In this document: positions 10,697 to 22,680 of the stretch, piece after piece
Layout: every line of letters starts with the position of its first letter
How positions within the stretch are numbered: position 1 is the stretch's first letter
Source: Octopus bimaculoides
Taxonomy: Eukaryota
Direction: 5' to 3'
DNA: 36,395 nt
NCBI RefSeq assembly: GCF_001194135.2
Contig: NC_069003.1
Span: 6,767,506-6,803,900 of the forward strand
Program-made: the position numbers and the translations under genes
Notes under the pieces: model-generated
The model's database searches: none
What the model saw: the letters and a program-made list of their open reading frames with translations, nothing else
Told to the model about the DNA's origin: nothing

Positions 10697-10986
10697 GTTA
10701 GGGCAGCGGACTCGCGGTCGAAGGATCGCGGTTTCGATTCCCAGACCAGGCGTTGTGTGTGTTTATTGAGCAAAAACACCTAAAGCTCCACGAGGCTCCG
10801 GCAGGGTGTGGTGGCGACCCCTGTTGTACGCTTTCGCCCCCAACTTTCTCTCACTCTTTCTTCCTGTTTCTTGAGTAACACTGCGATGGACTGGCGTCCT
10901 GTCCAGCTGAGGAGGGGGGGGGGGACATATAGGCCATAGAAACCGGGAAACCGGGCCCATAAGCCTGGATAGGCTTTAAAAGGGCG
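10697..10986 (+). mobile_element. SINE-C with V/Meta-like tail (C1)
   Basis: Head ttagggcagcggactcgcgg...ggtttcgattcccagacc shared with 14344-14716 and 32184-32508. Tail is ctgcgatggactggcgtcctgtccag...atagaaaccgggaaaccgggccc. The V/Meta resemblance is from memory. Confidence 0.8.
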
Positions 10987-11639
10987 GAAAGAAAGAAGGT
11001 TAGATTGAACCTGTAATTCGAAAGATACAGCATTGTCCAATAGTGTGTCACACTGATTCTACACGAGGACTACAGAAAGGGGGATCGCGTGTCTGAGGAT
11101 CATGGAGTACTCAACCAGATACACACTTGTGCAATGAGTGAATAATTTAGTTGTTCGAACAAATGGACGTTCATCGTTAAAACGGACGGAGATCCATTTA
11201 TGGTTCTGTACGAATATGGAAATATGTGTATATGTACAACATTCACACACGTGTATTTATGTATGAGGGTATGTAAATGATTGTGTCAATGTATATGTGT
11301 GTGTGTGTGTGATTTATGTGTGCGTGCAGTTTACGGATGTGTGATTTGTGCGCATGGTTGAACATAAGCGTGAATGATATTCATGCATATGTGTGAATGT
11401 GTGTGTATATTTATGCACGTGACAGTGTGTGAAATTTATGCTTGTGTTTGTATGGCTGTATATATTTAATATCCATGCGTCTGTCTGCGTGTTGAGACGT
11501 GTATACGCGTCTGCCTGCGTGTGCGATTCTGAGGCACATGTAAGAATGTATGTGCGTATCATATGCGAATGTGCGTGAATGCGTTTGCGTGTATGTATTC
11601 AAGCATGTCTGTGTGGTGGGGGTATAAGAAGGAAGATAA

Positions 11640-12040
11640 TGTGTTGGAAGGCTGGATGGAATAGGAAGACACAAATGATGCAGTGACGGTGGTATTGACG
11701 GCGGTGGTGGCGTTGGTAGTGATGGTGGAGAAGGATTGACTCTTATGACGATGTCGGTGGCGGTGGTGGGCAGCGGAATTTTTGCAAACTTTGATGGTGA
11801 TGATGGAGGATTTGGTCACATCATGGTGATGAAGAAGAAGATGGTGGCGACGATGGCGATGGGGGGGGGCGATGGTGGCAGTGGCAGACGTGGCTGTGGT
11901 AGTAGTGATGATAGTGAAGACGATGGTGGGGATGATGCACACAGTGGTCGTGGTGGTCATCACCATCATGGTGCTTGTAGTACTGATGATGGTTTTATGT
12001 TGTCGTTAGAGGTGGGGATGGTGGTGGTAAAACTTAATAA
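11640..12040. repeat. GGT/GAT cryptic trinucleotide low-complexity region
   Basis: Dense ggt/gat/ggc triplets with no splice or domain support. Confidence 0.75.
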
Positions 12041-12057
12041 TAATGATAATAATAATC

Positions 12058-12250
12058 CTTTCTACTAAAGGCACAGGGCCTAAATTTTTCTAGGGAGGGG
12101 ACTAGGCGATCACATCGACCCCAGTGTTTCACTGGTACTTAATTCATCGACGCCGAAAGGATGAAAGGCAATGTCGACCTCGGCGGAATTTGAACTCAGA
12201 ACGTAAAGACAGACGAAATACCGCTAAGCATTCTGCCAACTCACCACCTT
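12058..12250 (-). mobile_element. SINE-B
   Basis: aaggatgaaaggcaatgtcgacctcggcggaatttgaactcagaacg. Small deletion in the head. Confidence 0.9.
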
Positions 12251-12260
12251 CATAATAATA

Positions 12261-12294
<34 letters not shown>

Positions 12295-12298
<4 letters not shown>

Positions 12299-12506
12299 AT
12301 AGGCACAAGGCTTGAAATTGTGTGGAGAGGGGGTGAGCAGTCGATTAGATCGTCCCCAGTACACAACTGGTACTTTACATATCGATCCCGGAAGGATGAA
12401 AGGTAAAGTAGATCTCGGCGGGATTTGAACTCAGAACGTAAACGACGGGCGAAATACAGCTAAGCATTTCGTCCAGCGCGCTAACGATTCTGCCAGCTCG
12501 CCGCCT
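12295..12506 (-). mobile_element. SINE-B, full length
   Basis: Runs from tail ggcacaaggcttgaaatt to head ctgccagctcgccgcct. Separated from the neighbouring copy by (AAT)n. Confidence 0.9.
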
Positions 12507-12889
12507 GAATAGTAACAACAACAACAACATTGATGATGATGATGATATTAATAATATGGTGAAGATGTTGGTGTACGATAGGACGAAATATGAGAGGAAG
12601 AGGGTGAGGAAGAGGTACAGGAGTAGCTCAATGACTAAACTACAAATATGGCGGAAGATATGGTATAAAGAGTGGAGGAAGTGTAATTATAGAGGGAGAT
12701 AGGAGTGGAGGGAAGAGAATAGGAGATGAAGAGGTAGATAATTCGGTGAGAGAGAGGCAGAGAGGATGGAGAGAGAGAGAGAGAGAGAGAATAATGGAAC
12801 GAGAGGCCAAATAGGAGATGAAGAGATTGATAAGTCAATGGAGTGTGAGAAATGGGGACAGCTGATCTGTGCATGCAAAACTTTCATAC

Positions 12890-12984
12890 ATCTATATGTA
12901 ATGGATGTCTATGAACGTATACACACACATACACATACATGTGTCTATGAATTCATATATATTCACGTATGGCTGTGTGTGTGT

Positions 12985-13029
<45 letters not shown>

Positions 13030-13474
13030 GCATAATTGTGTGTATGTATATATATATATGCATAATTGTGTGTATATATATGGGCATAATTGTGTGTATA
13101 TATATATGTGCATATGTGTGTGTGTGTGTATATATATGTGTGTGTGTGTGTGTGCATAATTGTGTGTATATATGCATATTGGTGTGTGTATATATACGCA
13201 TAGTTGTGTGTATGTATAAACACATACAGACAGACATGTATAGCTATGTGTATGAACATATATATACATGCATTCACACACACATACACACTCTCGTATA
13301 GCCGTGTGTATGAATATATATCGGTATGTGTGTGTGTATATACATATATACGCACACCTGTGTACGTATATTTATAAATGTACATATATGTATACATGCA
13401 GATATTTTTACATATATTGTTACTCTCTCTACACACACACATTTACACACGACATATATATACACTCTCTTTCT

Positions 13475-13518
<44 letters not shown>

Positions 13519-13560
13519 TATACTTACATGTGCATGTATGTGCGTGCTTGTGTATGTCGA
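12890..13560. repeat. Compound TA/TG/CA microsatellite with an embedded gcataattgtgtgta higher-order unit
   Basis: gcataattgtgtgta occurs four times between ~13030 and ~13170, with a variant at ~13198. Confidence 0.85.
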
Positions 13561-14202
13561 TCGCTGTTGCCACCAGGCGTTTGTCTATCTTCTCTAGAAC
13601 GGAAAATAGATTCAGCCATCCGCTTTATGCTGCCTGGTGTTTACTGTACCTTTATTTGTGTTTGTCCAAATTCAAACCACTACTCCGTTCGATTTTATCT
13701 TAATTATACTAATTCCTTCAGGACACAGACATCCTCCACTGTCTTCTGTGTATATCTAAGTCTTTTGTCTGCTGAAATCAGAACAGGACAGGACAACTGC
13801 TGTGCTGGCGACGCTTACCGACGCAGAAATATGTAGCAACGGCTATCTCTGGGGAAGAAATATCTTTTGCTTCATGCCATGTCTATTTTTGCGGTTTCTA
13901 TCAATCTGGAGACTTCCTTTTTTCTGAAGACTAATTCTCCTTCTCATTCGGAATCGGTTGCAATTGTCAATAGGTCTTTTTCTTACCTTCTCTTGAAGAC
14001 AATTTCAGTAAATCAGTTAATATATCTCTACTCGTATATGCATCTATCTATCTATCTATCATATATATATATATAAAACAATAATCTAGGGATGAAACCT
14101 ATAAATATTTTAATGCATCGCTCCGCGTGTTTCCACAAATCATATGTTTCTTGCGATCATCATCCTGCATTATATCGGCACAGCTCAATAAAACGCCACG
14201 AA

Positions 14203-14310
14203 GCTCGAGGCTATAATAGAAGATACTTGCTCAATGTGCCACGCAGTGGAACTGAACCCGAAACCATATGGTTGGGAAGTAAACTTCTTAGCGCACAACC
14301 ACTCCTGTGC
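14203..14310 (-). mobile_element. SINE-A head
   Basis: gaggctataatagaagatacttgc...gtgccacgcagtggaactgaacccgaaacc. Confidence 0.85.
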
Positions 14311-14343
14311 AGTAAGAGAATTTTGGGACATCTGGCCTATACG

Positions 14344-14716
14344 TGGCACTCCGTCGGTTACGACGACGAGGGTTCCAGTTGATCCGATCAACGGAACAGC
14401 CTGTTCGTGAAATTAACGTGCAAGTGGCTGAGCACTCCACAGACACGTGTACCCTTAACATAGTTCTCGGGGGAGATTCAGCGTGGCACAGTGTGATAAG
14501 GCTGGCCCCTTTGAAATACAAATACAACAGAAAGAGGAAGAAAGAGTGAGAGAAAGTTATGGTGAAAGAGTACAGCAGGGTTCGCCACCACTCCCTGACA
14601 GAGCCTCGTGGAGCTTTAGGTGTTTTCGCTCAATAAACACTTACATCGCCCGGTCTGGGAATCGAAACCGCGATCCTACGAGTCCGCTGCCCTAACCGCT
14701 GGGCCATTGCGCCTCC
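14344..14716 (-). mobile_element. SINE-C with long tail (C2), full length
   Basis: Reverse complement of 32184-32508. Head ggcgcaatggcccagcggttagggcagcggactcg. Confidence 0.9.
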
Positions 14717-15011
14717 ACACATCTGGCGTATGTTCTGAAGTGGTGACTATATTAATGAAGAATGTATCTGCTCACCTAGAAATTGACTTTGTCACGGCAG
14801 TGTGTATGTGTGTTCGTTCGTTCGTTCGTTCATTGGTGATCGATTAAGACTTTAGCTGTGTGTGATTGGTTTTGATGTGACAGTGAGCGAATGATTAAAA
14901 GCAATTTTACCACGGTTAACACACGCACATATGTTGATGTGTGTGTGGGGGGGGGATTATTATGATTGTGTTAATCTGCGTGTGCATAATGTGTTTGTAT
15001 GTGTGTGAATT

Positions 15012-15056
<45 letters not shown>

Positions 15057-16269
15057 TTACGTACCTGCATATACGTATTTTTATATACACATGCATGCAT
15101 ATGTATAATATATGTAGTTACGTGTGTGTGTGTGTGTATATCGTCCTGTCTGGTCTTCGAAACGTCTAGATAGATTAGAGACAGCTGATGAAGGGATATT
15201 CCAAGGGGCTTTCCGTTTTCCTATGTGTTCGTTCCGTTGTCTGTAGTTTATTGTTCTAACGTCCTGTACCCTGATATGCATGTATATACACATGTAGATG
15301 TAAGTATGTACATATATGTGTGTATACATGTATATATATTCTTTGTATTATTATATATATGTATATATATATATATATAGTTACGTGTGCATATATATAT
15401 AATATATTGTAGCTGTATAAATGCGTGCGTATATACACGCACATATGTATACATAAGTTTATAGAATCTTTCCCAATTTGTGTCAAATATTTTCAAGGAC
15501 ACTCAAACTGGTTGAGTATCTCTGGTATGATATCTGTTGGCAGTCATCGTCTGCCATCGGAATTTAAGAGATATTATTTTGGACATAAAAGAAGCAGCTT
15601 TGAGCTCTGAATATTCTATGCAAAAGAAATTTCTGTTTTTGTTCTTAACGTTTTTTAAATTTTAAATCATAATCTATGGTTTTTGAAGGTTATCACTTTT
15701 GAAAATATTAAAAGGGTTAGCACCTTTATTATAGGCTTCTTGACGAGCAAATGCAAATAACTTGATAATTAATTTTTAAGAAATGAAAATATGTCCTGTA
15801 GTGTCTGTAAGATTGAGTACGATAAGCTTTTCTGCGTGATACAAAAGAAAAAAGGAAGATGGAGAAAAATAAACAAAAAAGAAAACGCCTGAAGTAAAAC
15901 GCATATTTGAAAATTCAACATCGTTACTATCGCTGTCCAGAATTGTAAGATATAATGGTCATTTCATGGTGGCTGCGGCTAGTGGCTGAATATAAACTTA
16001 CTGCGACTTAACATTTAATGAATACTTCTCACTTGGCGCATAAATTTATTTCTGGTTTCAATGTGTTTGTCTGTAGTAGTATTTTTTTTTCAGCAGTGCA
16101 AAGGCCACGTCTTTTGCTGCCATTTACAAAAAGCATACCATTTTCGCAGTCATTCATATATGGTCTGTATTTTTCAATGATCTAACAGTTGATATTGTAA
16201 TTCGCTGCTTTTCCTTTAAAAGATAGTTTTGTAACATTTTGTTTGTTTGATAATGTTAGTAAAGAAATA

Positions 16270-16396
16270 CAGGGTGTCCACAAAGTCTGGTTACGTGGAG
16301 TAAATAAAATCATAACATAAACAATTAAATATAAGAAATAATAATTTCTTAAAGTATGTGATAATCCCCATGTACCCAGACTTTGTGGACACCCTG
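16270..16396. mobile_element. Tc1/mariner-type MITE, 127 bp
   Basis: Perfect 21-bp TIR cagggtgtccacaaagtctgg / ccagactttgtggacaccctg, extendable with mismatches. Flanked by TA at 16268-16269 and 16397-16398. Confidence 0.9.
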
Positions 16397-16589
16397 TAGA
16401 TCTTATTGTAAAATCTTTCTTTTTGCTTAGCCCTTCTGACATTTCTTCGGGTTCTTGTGGTGTTCAGTGATCTCAAAATTTGGAACTGGACACTTTACTG
16501 CATCCTCTAGGATAAAATTCGGTTGCCCATACATGAGATGTTATTATTAATTGTTTCATTTATGTCTACAGTTTGTAATGTTTCAGATA

Positions 16590-16936
16590 CAGGCGTAGTT
16601 TTGTGGTAAGAAACTTGCTTACCAACCACATGGTTCCGGATTCAATCCCACTATGTGTCATCTACTATAGCCTACGGCCGACCAAAGCCTTGTGAGTGGA
16701 TTTGGTTGACGGAAACAGAATAAAGCCTGTCGTATATGTGTGTGTTATCCATGACCGCCTGGCAATCGGTGTTGATGTGCTTACGTCCTCGTAACTTAGC
16801 GGTTTAGCAAAAGGGACCGATAGATATCTACCAGGCTTAACAAAATAACTAAATACTGGGGTCGATTCATTCGACTAAAACGTTTTGAAGGCGGCGCCCC
16901 AGCATGGCCAAAGTCTGACTAAAACAAAAGATAAAA
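16590..16936 (+). mobile_element. SINE-A, full length
   Basis: Head, TG linker and tail ending gaaggcggcgccccagcatggcc...aaaagataaaa. Confidence 0.9.
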
Positions 16937-16960
16937 CACACACACACACACACACACATA

Positions 16961-17066
16961 GCTCGGGGAAAAAGTAGAAGACACTTGCCCGACGAGCCGT
17001 GGAATGAGATTGAAATTGAAACCATGTGGTTGCGAAGTGAACCGCCTAACCACACAACCATGCCTG
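16961..17066 (-). mobile_element. SINE-A head, diverged
   Basis: gtagaagacacttgccc...gaaaccatgtggttg...accacacaacc. Confidence 0.75.
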
Positions 17067-17226
17067 ACCTTGGATAGCAGGGAAAAAGAAAAGTAGAGAA
17101 AAATATTCCGACAAGTGCTTGAAGATTTGATCTCTAGTTCCTTGACATTACAATCTAATTACCTTATCCTTTCGGTCATATGTTTTAATAGTAATATGCA
17201 TGAAATAAAGAAAATTTTCATATTCT

Positions 17227-17613
17227 GGCACAAGGCCAGCATTTTCAGAGGAATTTGCTTGTTTTAGCTAAGCCGACCTCGGCGGAATTTGAACTCGGAA
17301 CGTACGGACCTGACGAAATGCCGCTAAGCATTTTGCCCGGCCTTGCTAACGATTCTGCCAAGTTCCCTGCCTTAATATCTTTTCTATTACAGGTACAAGG
17401 CTTGAAAATTTATGGGGTGGGGAGCGACGGAGCGGGAGGTACTAGTCGATTATATCGGCGCCAGTCTCCAAATGGTACTTACTTTTATCGACCCCGAAAG
17501 GATGAAAGGCAAAGTCGACCTCGGCGGAATTTGAACTCAGAACGTAACGGCAGACGAAATACCGCTAAGTATTTCGCCCGGCGTGCTAACGTTTCTGCCA
17601 GCTCGCCGCCTTA
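17227..17613 (-). mobile_element. Two tandem SINE-B copies
   Basis: Heads end at 17373 and 17613. The core gacctcggcggaatttgaactc is present in both. Confidence 0.9.
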
Positions 17614-18091
17614 GGNNNNNNNNNNNNNNNNNNNNNNNNNNNNNNNNNNNNNNNNNNNNNNNNNNNNNNNNNNNNNNNNNNNNNNNNNNNNNNNNNNNNN
17701 NNNNNNNNNNNNNNNNNNNNNNNNNNNNNNNNNNNNNNNNNNNNNNNNNNNNNNNNNNNNNNNNNNNNNNNNNNNNNNNNNNNNNNNNNNNNNNNNNNNN
17801 NNNNNNNNNNNNNNNNNNNNNNNNNNNNNNNNNNNNNNNNNNNNNNNNNNNNNNNNNNNNNNNNNNNNNNNNNNNNNNNNNNNNNNNNNNNNNNNNNNNN
17901 NNNNNNNNNNNNNNNNNNNNNNNNNNNNNNNNNNNNNNNNNNNNNNNNNNNNNNNNNNNNNNNNNNNNNNNNNNNNNNNNNNNNNNNNNNNNNNNNNNNN
18001 NNNNNNNNNNNNNNNNNNNNNNNNNNNNNNNNNNNNNNNNNNNNNNNNNNNNNNNNNNNNNNNNNNNNNNNNNNNAAACAAGGACAGACAA

Positions 18092-18268
18092 AGGGATTAA
18101 GTCGAATACATCGACTGCAGTGTGTAACTGGTACTTAATTTATCGACCCCGAAAGGATGAAAGGCAAAGTCGACCTCGGCGGAATTTGAACTCAGAACGT
18201 AACGGCAGACGAAATACCGCTAAGTATTTCGCCCGGCGTGCTAACGTTTCTGCCAGCTCGCCGCCTTA
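18092..18268 (-). mobile_element. SINE-B
   Basis: 132 bp identical to 17484-17615. Confidence 0.9.
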
Positions 18269-18759
18269 GGAAGGAAAATATACTAAAAGTAAAATCCATT
18301 GATTGAAGACGACTGCGCACTTAACGCTGACTGTCGCGTGGCCCCACCCACAGTAAATACATTGATAACACTTGATAACACTTAATGTGTAACCCGCCCA
18401 GGCTTGAGTTGAAGCTAATTTAAAAGCCCAACCCAGATCGTCTGTGTCAACTCTTATTTCCACCATCAGCACCGTCATCGCCGCCGCTATCACTAACACC
18501 TCCATCACCTCAATACAAACCGGATCTCAGAGGAGGAAATAACTTACAACATCCACAGCCATCAACACAGTTCAGCCAGTTCAGCCCAGGTCGACTCACT
18601 TCAGCCAATCAAGACGAGATACGTAGCAATCAAAACCCAACCCACATACATACACACACACACTTACGCACGCAGCGCGCGCACACAGACACACTCCAGA
18701 CTGTTTCTACTTGGAATTTAATTAACTTCAACAATAACATTATTATTATTGTTGTTGTT

Positions 18760-19414
18760 AAGGAGCGGAGCTGACAGAATCGTCCGCACGCCGGGCGAAA
18801 AGCTTACCGGTATTTCGTCTGTCTTTACGTTCTGAGTTCAAATTCCGCTGAGGTCGACTTTGCCGTTCATCCATCCGGAGATGCTAAAATAGGTACCAGT
18901 CGTAGACTGGCGTCGATGTAATCGATTTAACCCCTCCGTTGAACATGCTGGCCTTGTGCCAAAATTTGAAGCCAACATATTATTATTATTATTAAGGCTA
19001 TGAGCTGACAGAATCGTTAGCACGCCGGGTAACATGCTTAGCGGCATTTCGTCCGTCGCTACGTTCTGAGTTCAAATCCTGCCGATTTCGAACTTGCCTT
19101 TCATCCTTCTGGGACCGATAAAATAAAGTTCTGGTTATGCAATAGGATTGACGGTGTCGACTAAAACCTTCCCCCACCCCCTAAAATCGTTGGCTTTGTA
19201 CCAAAATTATTATTACAAGGCAGCAAGTTGGTAGAATCGTTAGCAGAATGTTTAGAACGTAAAAGACGGATGGTGTGTCACTGAGTTCGAATTCCGCCGG
19301 GGCCAACTTTTGCATTTCAACCTTTCGGAGCCGATAAAATAATACCAGCTGGATATTTAGGTCGATGTAATCGACTAGCTCTCGCCACCCCTAATTTCTG
19401 CCTCTAGTAGGATT
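18760..19414 (+). mobile_element. Three head-to-tail SINE-B copies
   Basis: Heads aagg...gagctgacagaatcg at 18760, 18994 and 19217, each preceded by (ATT)n. Confidence 0.9.
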
Positions 19415-19700
19415 ATTAACCTTTTGGGGTTTTTTTAGAAAATTTTTGAAGAGGGGTTTGGTTAAATGGTGATGTGACTCAATCAGTACAAACTCTTACG
19501 CACAGCCTGACAACCCGCCCGACAAAGGTAAAGATGAATAAGTATTAATTTCACGACCGATTGTCTCATCTGGAGTCTGTTTCGACTCCGCGTAGTTTAA
19601 TCTAGAAAAAAAAAATCTCTGCTTGGCCCAGGCAGCATCCTTCTCTTATAGAAAGTGATAAGAATCGAAATAGTCACTGAAATTCAACAATAAATATATA

Positions 19701-19834
19701 CAGGCGCGTGGCTTAGTGGTTAGAATGTTGGGCTCACAATCATGAAGTCGTGGGTTCTATTCTTGGGTCGAGCGGTGTGTTATATCCTTGAGCAAAGCAC
19801 GTTTTTCTCACGTTGGTCCAGCCTACTCAGGTGA
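19701..19834 (+). mobile_element. SINE-D head
   Basis: ggcgcgtggcttagtggttaga...gggctcacaatcatga...ccttgagcaa, matching 29743-30080. Confidence 0.8.
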
Positions 19835-20131
19835 CACCGATTACCTTCCGAGCACCTGTGCAACCAGTTTTTCCTTCCAACAGTCGCATCTTCGATATAC
19901 CACTGGATCAAAGAACCGAGGGCAAAGATAGTGTCTATAGATGCTCTCATCTCTACACAGACTCTTACATCAATTAGCAAGATCTTGTTACAAGCTTACC
20001 GAGTCGAATTCGCTCTCCAGTGATGGTAAGTGCGTCAAATACTTATATTGATGCGCGATCATTCTTCTCTCGCGGCTCCCTTGTCCCTTATTCTATCAGT
20101 GAGACGAACTCAGCCACGAAGTAAATGTGTG

Positions 20132-20899
20132 TCTTGGCCCTTAACACATTTATCCAACCGGAGAGAAGTTACGATCTGCAGATTTTCAATTCAGTTGGCC
20201 CTCAACACGTTTATCCAACAGGAGAGAAGATACGATCTGCAGATTTTCAATTCAGTTGGCCCTCAACGCGTTTATCCAACCAGAGAGAAGATACGATCTG
20301 CAGATTTTCAATTCAGTTGGCCCTCAACGCGTTTATTCAGCTGGAGAGAAGATACGATCTGCAGACNNNNNNNNNNNNNNNNNNNNNNNNNNNNNNNNNN
20401 NNNNNNNNNNNNNNNNNNNNNNNNNNNNNNNNNNNNNNNNNNNNNNNNNNNNNNNNNNNNNNNNNNNNNNNNNNNNNNNNNNNNNNNNNNNNNNNNNNNN
20501 NNNNNNNNNNNNNNNNNNNNNNNNNNNNNNNNNNNNNNNNNNNNNNNNNNNNNNNNNNNNNNNNNNNNNNNNNNNNNNNNNNNNNNNNNNNNNNNNNNNN
20601 NNNNNNNNNNNNNNNNNNNNNNNNNNNNNNNNNNNNNNNNNNNNNNNNNNNNNNNNNNNNNNNNNNNNNNNNNNNNNNNNACCGGAGAGAAGATACGATC
20701 TGCAGATTTTCAATTCAGTTGGCCCTCAACGCGTTTATTCAGCTGGAGAGAAGATACGATCTGCAGATTTTCAATTCAGTTGGCCCTCAACACGTTTATC
20801 CAACCGGAGAGAAGATACGATCTGCAGATTTTCAATTCAGTTGGCCCTCAACGCGTTTATTCAGCTGGAGAGAAGATACGATCTGCAGACTTTCAATTC
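20132..20899. repeat. 61-bp minisatellite, at least 7 units, interrupted by a gap
   Basis: Unit cagttggccctcaacacgtttatccaaccggagagaagatacgatctgcagattttcaatt. The unit start recurs at 20192, 20253 and 20314. Confidence 0.95.
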
Positions 20900-21327
20900 A
20901 ACAATCCAACAACTTTAATGGGACGAACAACCGCATTTTTTCTTTATTTCTGAAGAAACAGCGGTATAGAAAGGGGCACATTTCATTCGCGTTGTTTCCT
21001 CCTCCTCCTTCTCCCCCATCCCAACTGAAACTGAAACTGTATCGTCTCCATTCTTTCTGACACAACTCTGCTTTAGTCAAATAGTTTTCTTAGCCAACGT
21101 ATCCAACCATCTGTCCAGTTACACCTGTCTTGTTATTCTTGTAATGTGTGTACTATCACCTTATAATGGGGCACTGTCAACTCGAGAGTGCGTCCACACA
21201 CATTTTTGTCTGTCTGTCTGTCCGTGCATTTGAATGTACAAACGCGGGGGGGGGGACTTACTCGATATATGTAAGTTTCGTAGTAGCTGTATTGATGATA
21301 GCCCATGAAACAAGAACTTCCTGGGAG

Positions 21328-21697
21328 TTTTGACCTGTTTCAACTTTTAGACTGCGACCATGCTGCAGCACCGCCTTGAAGGGTTTAGTCAAAGAAATTG
21401 ACCCCATTTTTTTTTTTAAGTTTGGTACTTATTCTATCTGCCTAATTTCCCGAGTCGCTAAGTTACGAGAACGTAAGTAAATACCGGTTGTCAAGCGGGG
21501 GAGGGGAGACAGACACGTATACATATATAAGGATGCATACATGCACCACAGGTTTCTTTCAGTTTCCGTCTACCAAATCCACTTACAGGGCTTTGGTTGG
21601 CCCCCAAGGCTATAGTAAAAGACACTTGCCCAAAATACCACGCCGTGGAACTGAACCCTGAACCATGTGGTTGGGAAGCAAACTTCTTACCACACAC
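21328..21697 (-). mobile_element. SINE-A, full length
   Basis: Colinear with 1605-1984. Confidence 0.9.
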
Positions 21698-21904
21698 ACA
21701 TAACACAAATGGGAGATGTTCTTTTTATAAAGAATTTGGGAAAAGAACTCAATCCGTGCAATGAAGTACAGTTATTTGATACATTCAACAGTTGCTTTTT
21801 TTATCACTACTCGGGGTTTATCCCATACGTTTCTTCAAGCGACAGATTGTTTCTATTCGAAGTGGAGCCTAAAAGTGCATGTATTTCTCTGTATGATTGT
21901 GTTT

Positions 21905-21937
<33 letters not shown>

Positions 21938-22509
21938 ATATATATAATATATATATATATAATATATATATATAGTCTTGTACAAATTGATATCGTTATC
22001 TTATATTAAAATTCACGTTTTNNNNNNNNNNNNNNNNNNNNNNNNNNNNNNNNNNNNNNNNNNNNNNNNNNNNNNNNNNNNNNNNNNNNNNNNNNNNNNN
22101 NNNNNNNNNNNNNNNNNNNNNNNNNNNNNNNNNNNNNNNNNNNNNNNNNNNNNNNNNNNNNNNNNNNNNNNNNNNNNNNNNNNNNNNNNNNNNNNNNNNN
22201 NNNNNNNNNNNNNNNNNNNNNNNNNNNNNNNNNNNNNNNNNNNNNNNNNNNNNNNNNNNNNNNNNNNNNNNNNNNNNNNNNNNNNNNNNNNNNNNNNNNN
22301 NNNNNNNNNNNNNNNNNNNNNNNNNNNNNNNNNNNNNNNNNNNNNNNNNNNNNNNNNNNNNNNNNNNNNNNNNNNNNNNNNNNNNNNNNNNNNNNNNNNN
22401 NNNNNNNNNNNNNNNNNNNNNNNNNNNNNNNNNNNNNNNNNNNNNNNNNNNNNNNNNNNNNNNNNNNNNNNNNNNNNNNNNNNNNNNNNNNNNNNNNNNN
22501 NNNNNNNNN

Positions 22510-22680
22510 CGGTCAAAGTCGGTGCGGTTTCATATCGCGGTTCCTTCTCCCGGCGTGCCCGACCGGATCCAGTCACGCGTGATCCCGCTTTGCTTGTGTG
22601 TTTAATATACTCGTCCTTTGCACTGGTCAAGAGGCCTCGCTGTGCATTAACAGCGCCACTCACGCTATCCACGTACAACC
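22510..22680. promoter_or_regulatory. CpG-rich candidate promoter
   Basis: 17 CpG in 171 bp of unique sequence and a 10-bp palindrome tcacgcgtga (22573-22582). It lies upstream of UTR-like unique sequence and a donor site. The left edge is hidden by a gap. Confidence 0.45.

Noticed and set aside
11559-12068. His/Thr-rich (minus) and Gly/Asp-rich (plus) ORFs
   Set aside because: Short, with no splice or domain support. It also shows that triplet-rich DNA yields ORFs by chance.
12892-13703. Numerous ORFs rich in YI/HT/CV dipeptides (also 7009-7509 and 23194-23560)
   Set aside because: These are translations of TA/CA/TG microsatellites, which are open in most frames.
13560-14000. Unique sequence with candidate splice signals on both strands
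   Set aside because: No frame stays open between plausible acceptor/donor pairs.
19780-20030. SIDTIFAL resembling the RT motif STIDQIFTL, and a + strand acceptor/donor pair (19883, 20026)
   Set aside because: Spacing to the neighbouring RT motifs does not fit, and all three + frames contain stops between the splice sites.
20132-20899. CRISPR-like appearance of regular repeats (also the 42-nt repeat)
   Set aside because: The units are contiguous with no unique spacers, there are no cas genes, and the context is eukaryotic.
20030-21060. ORFs in all three + frames over the 61-bp repeat
   Set aside because: The unit simply lacks + strand stops and its length is not a multiple of 3. There is no coding signature.
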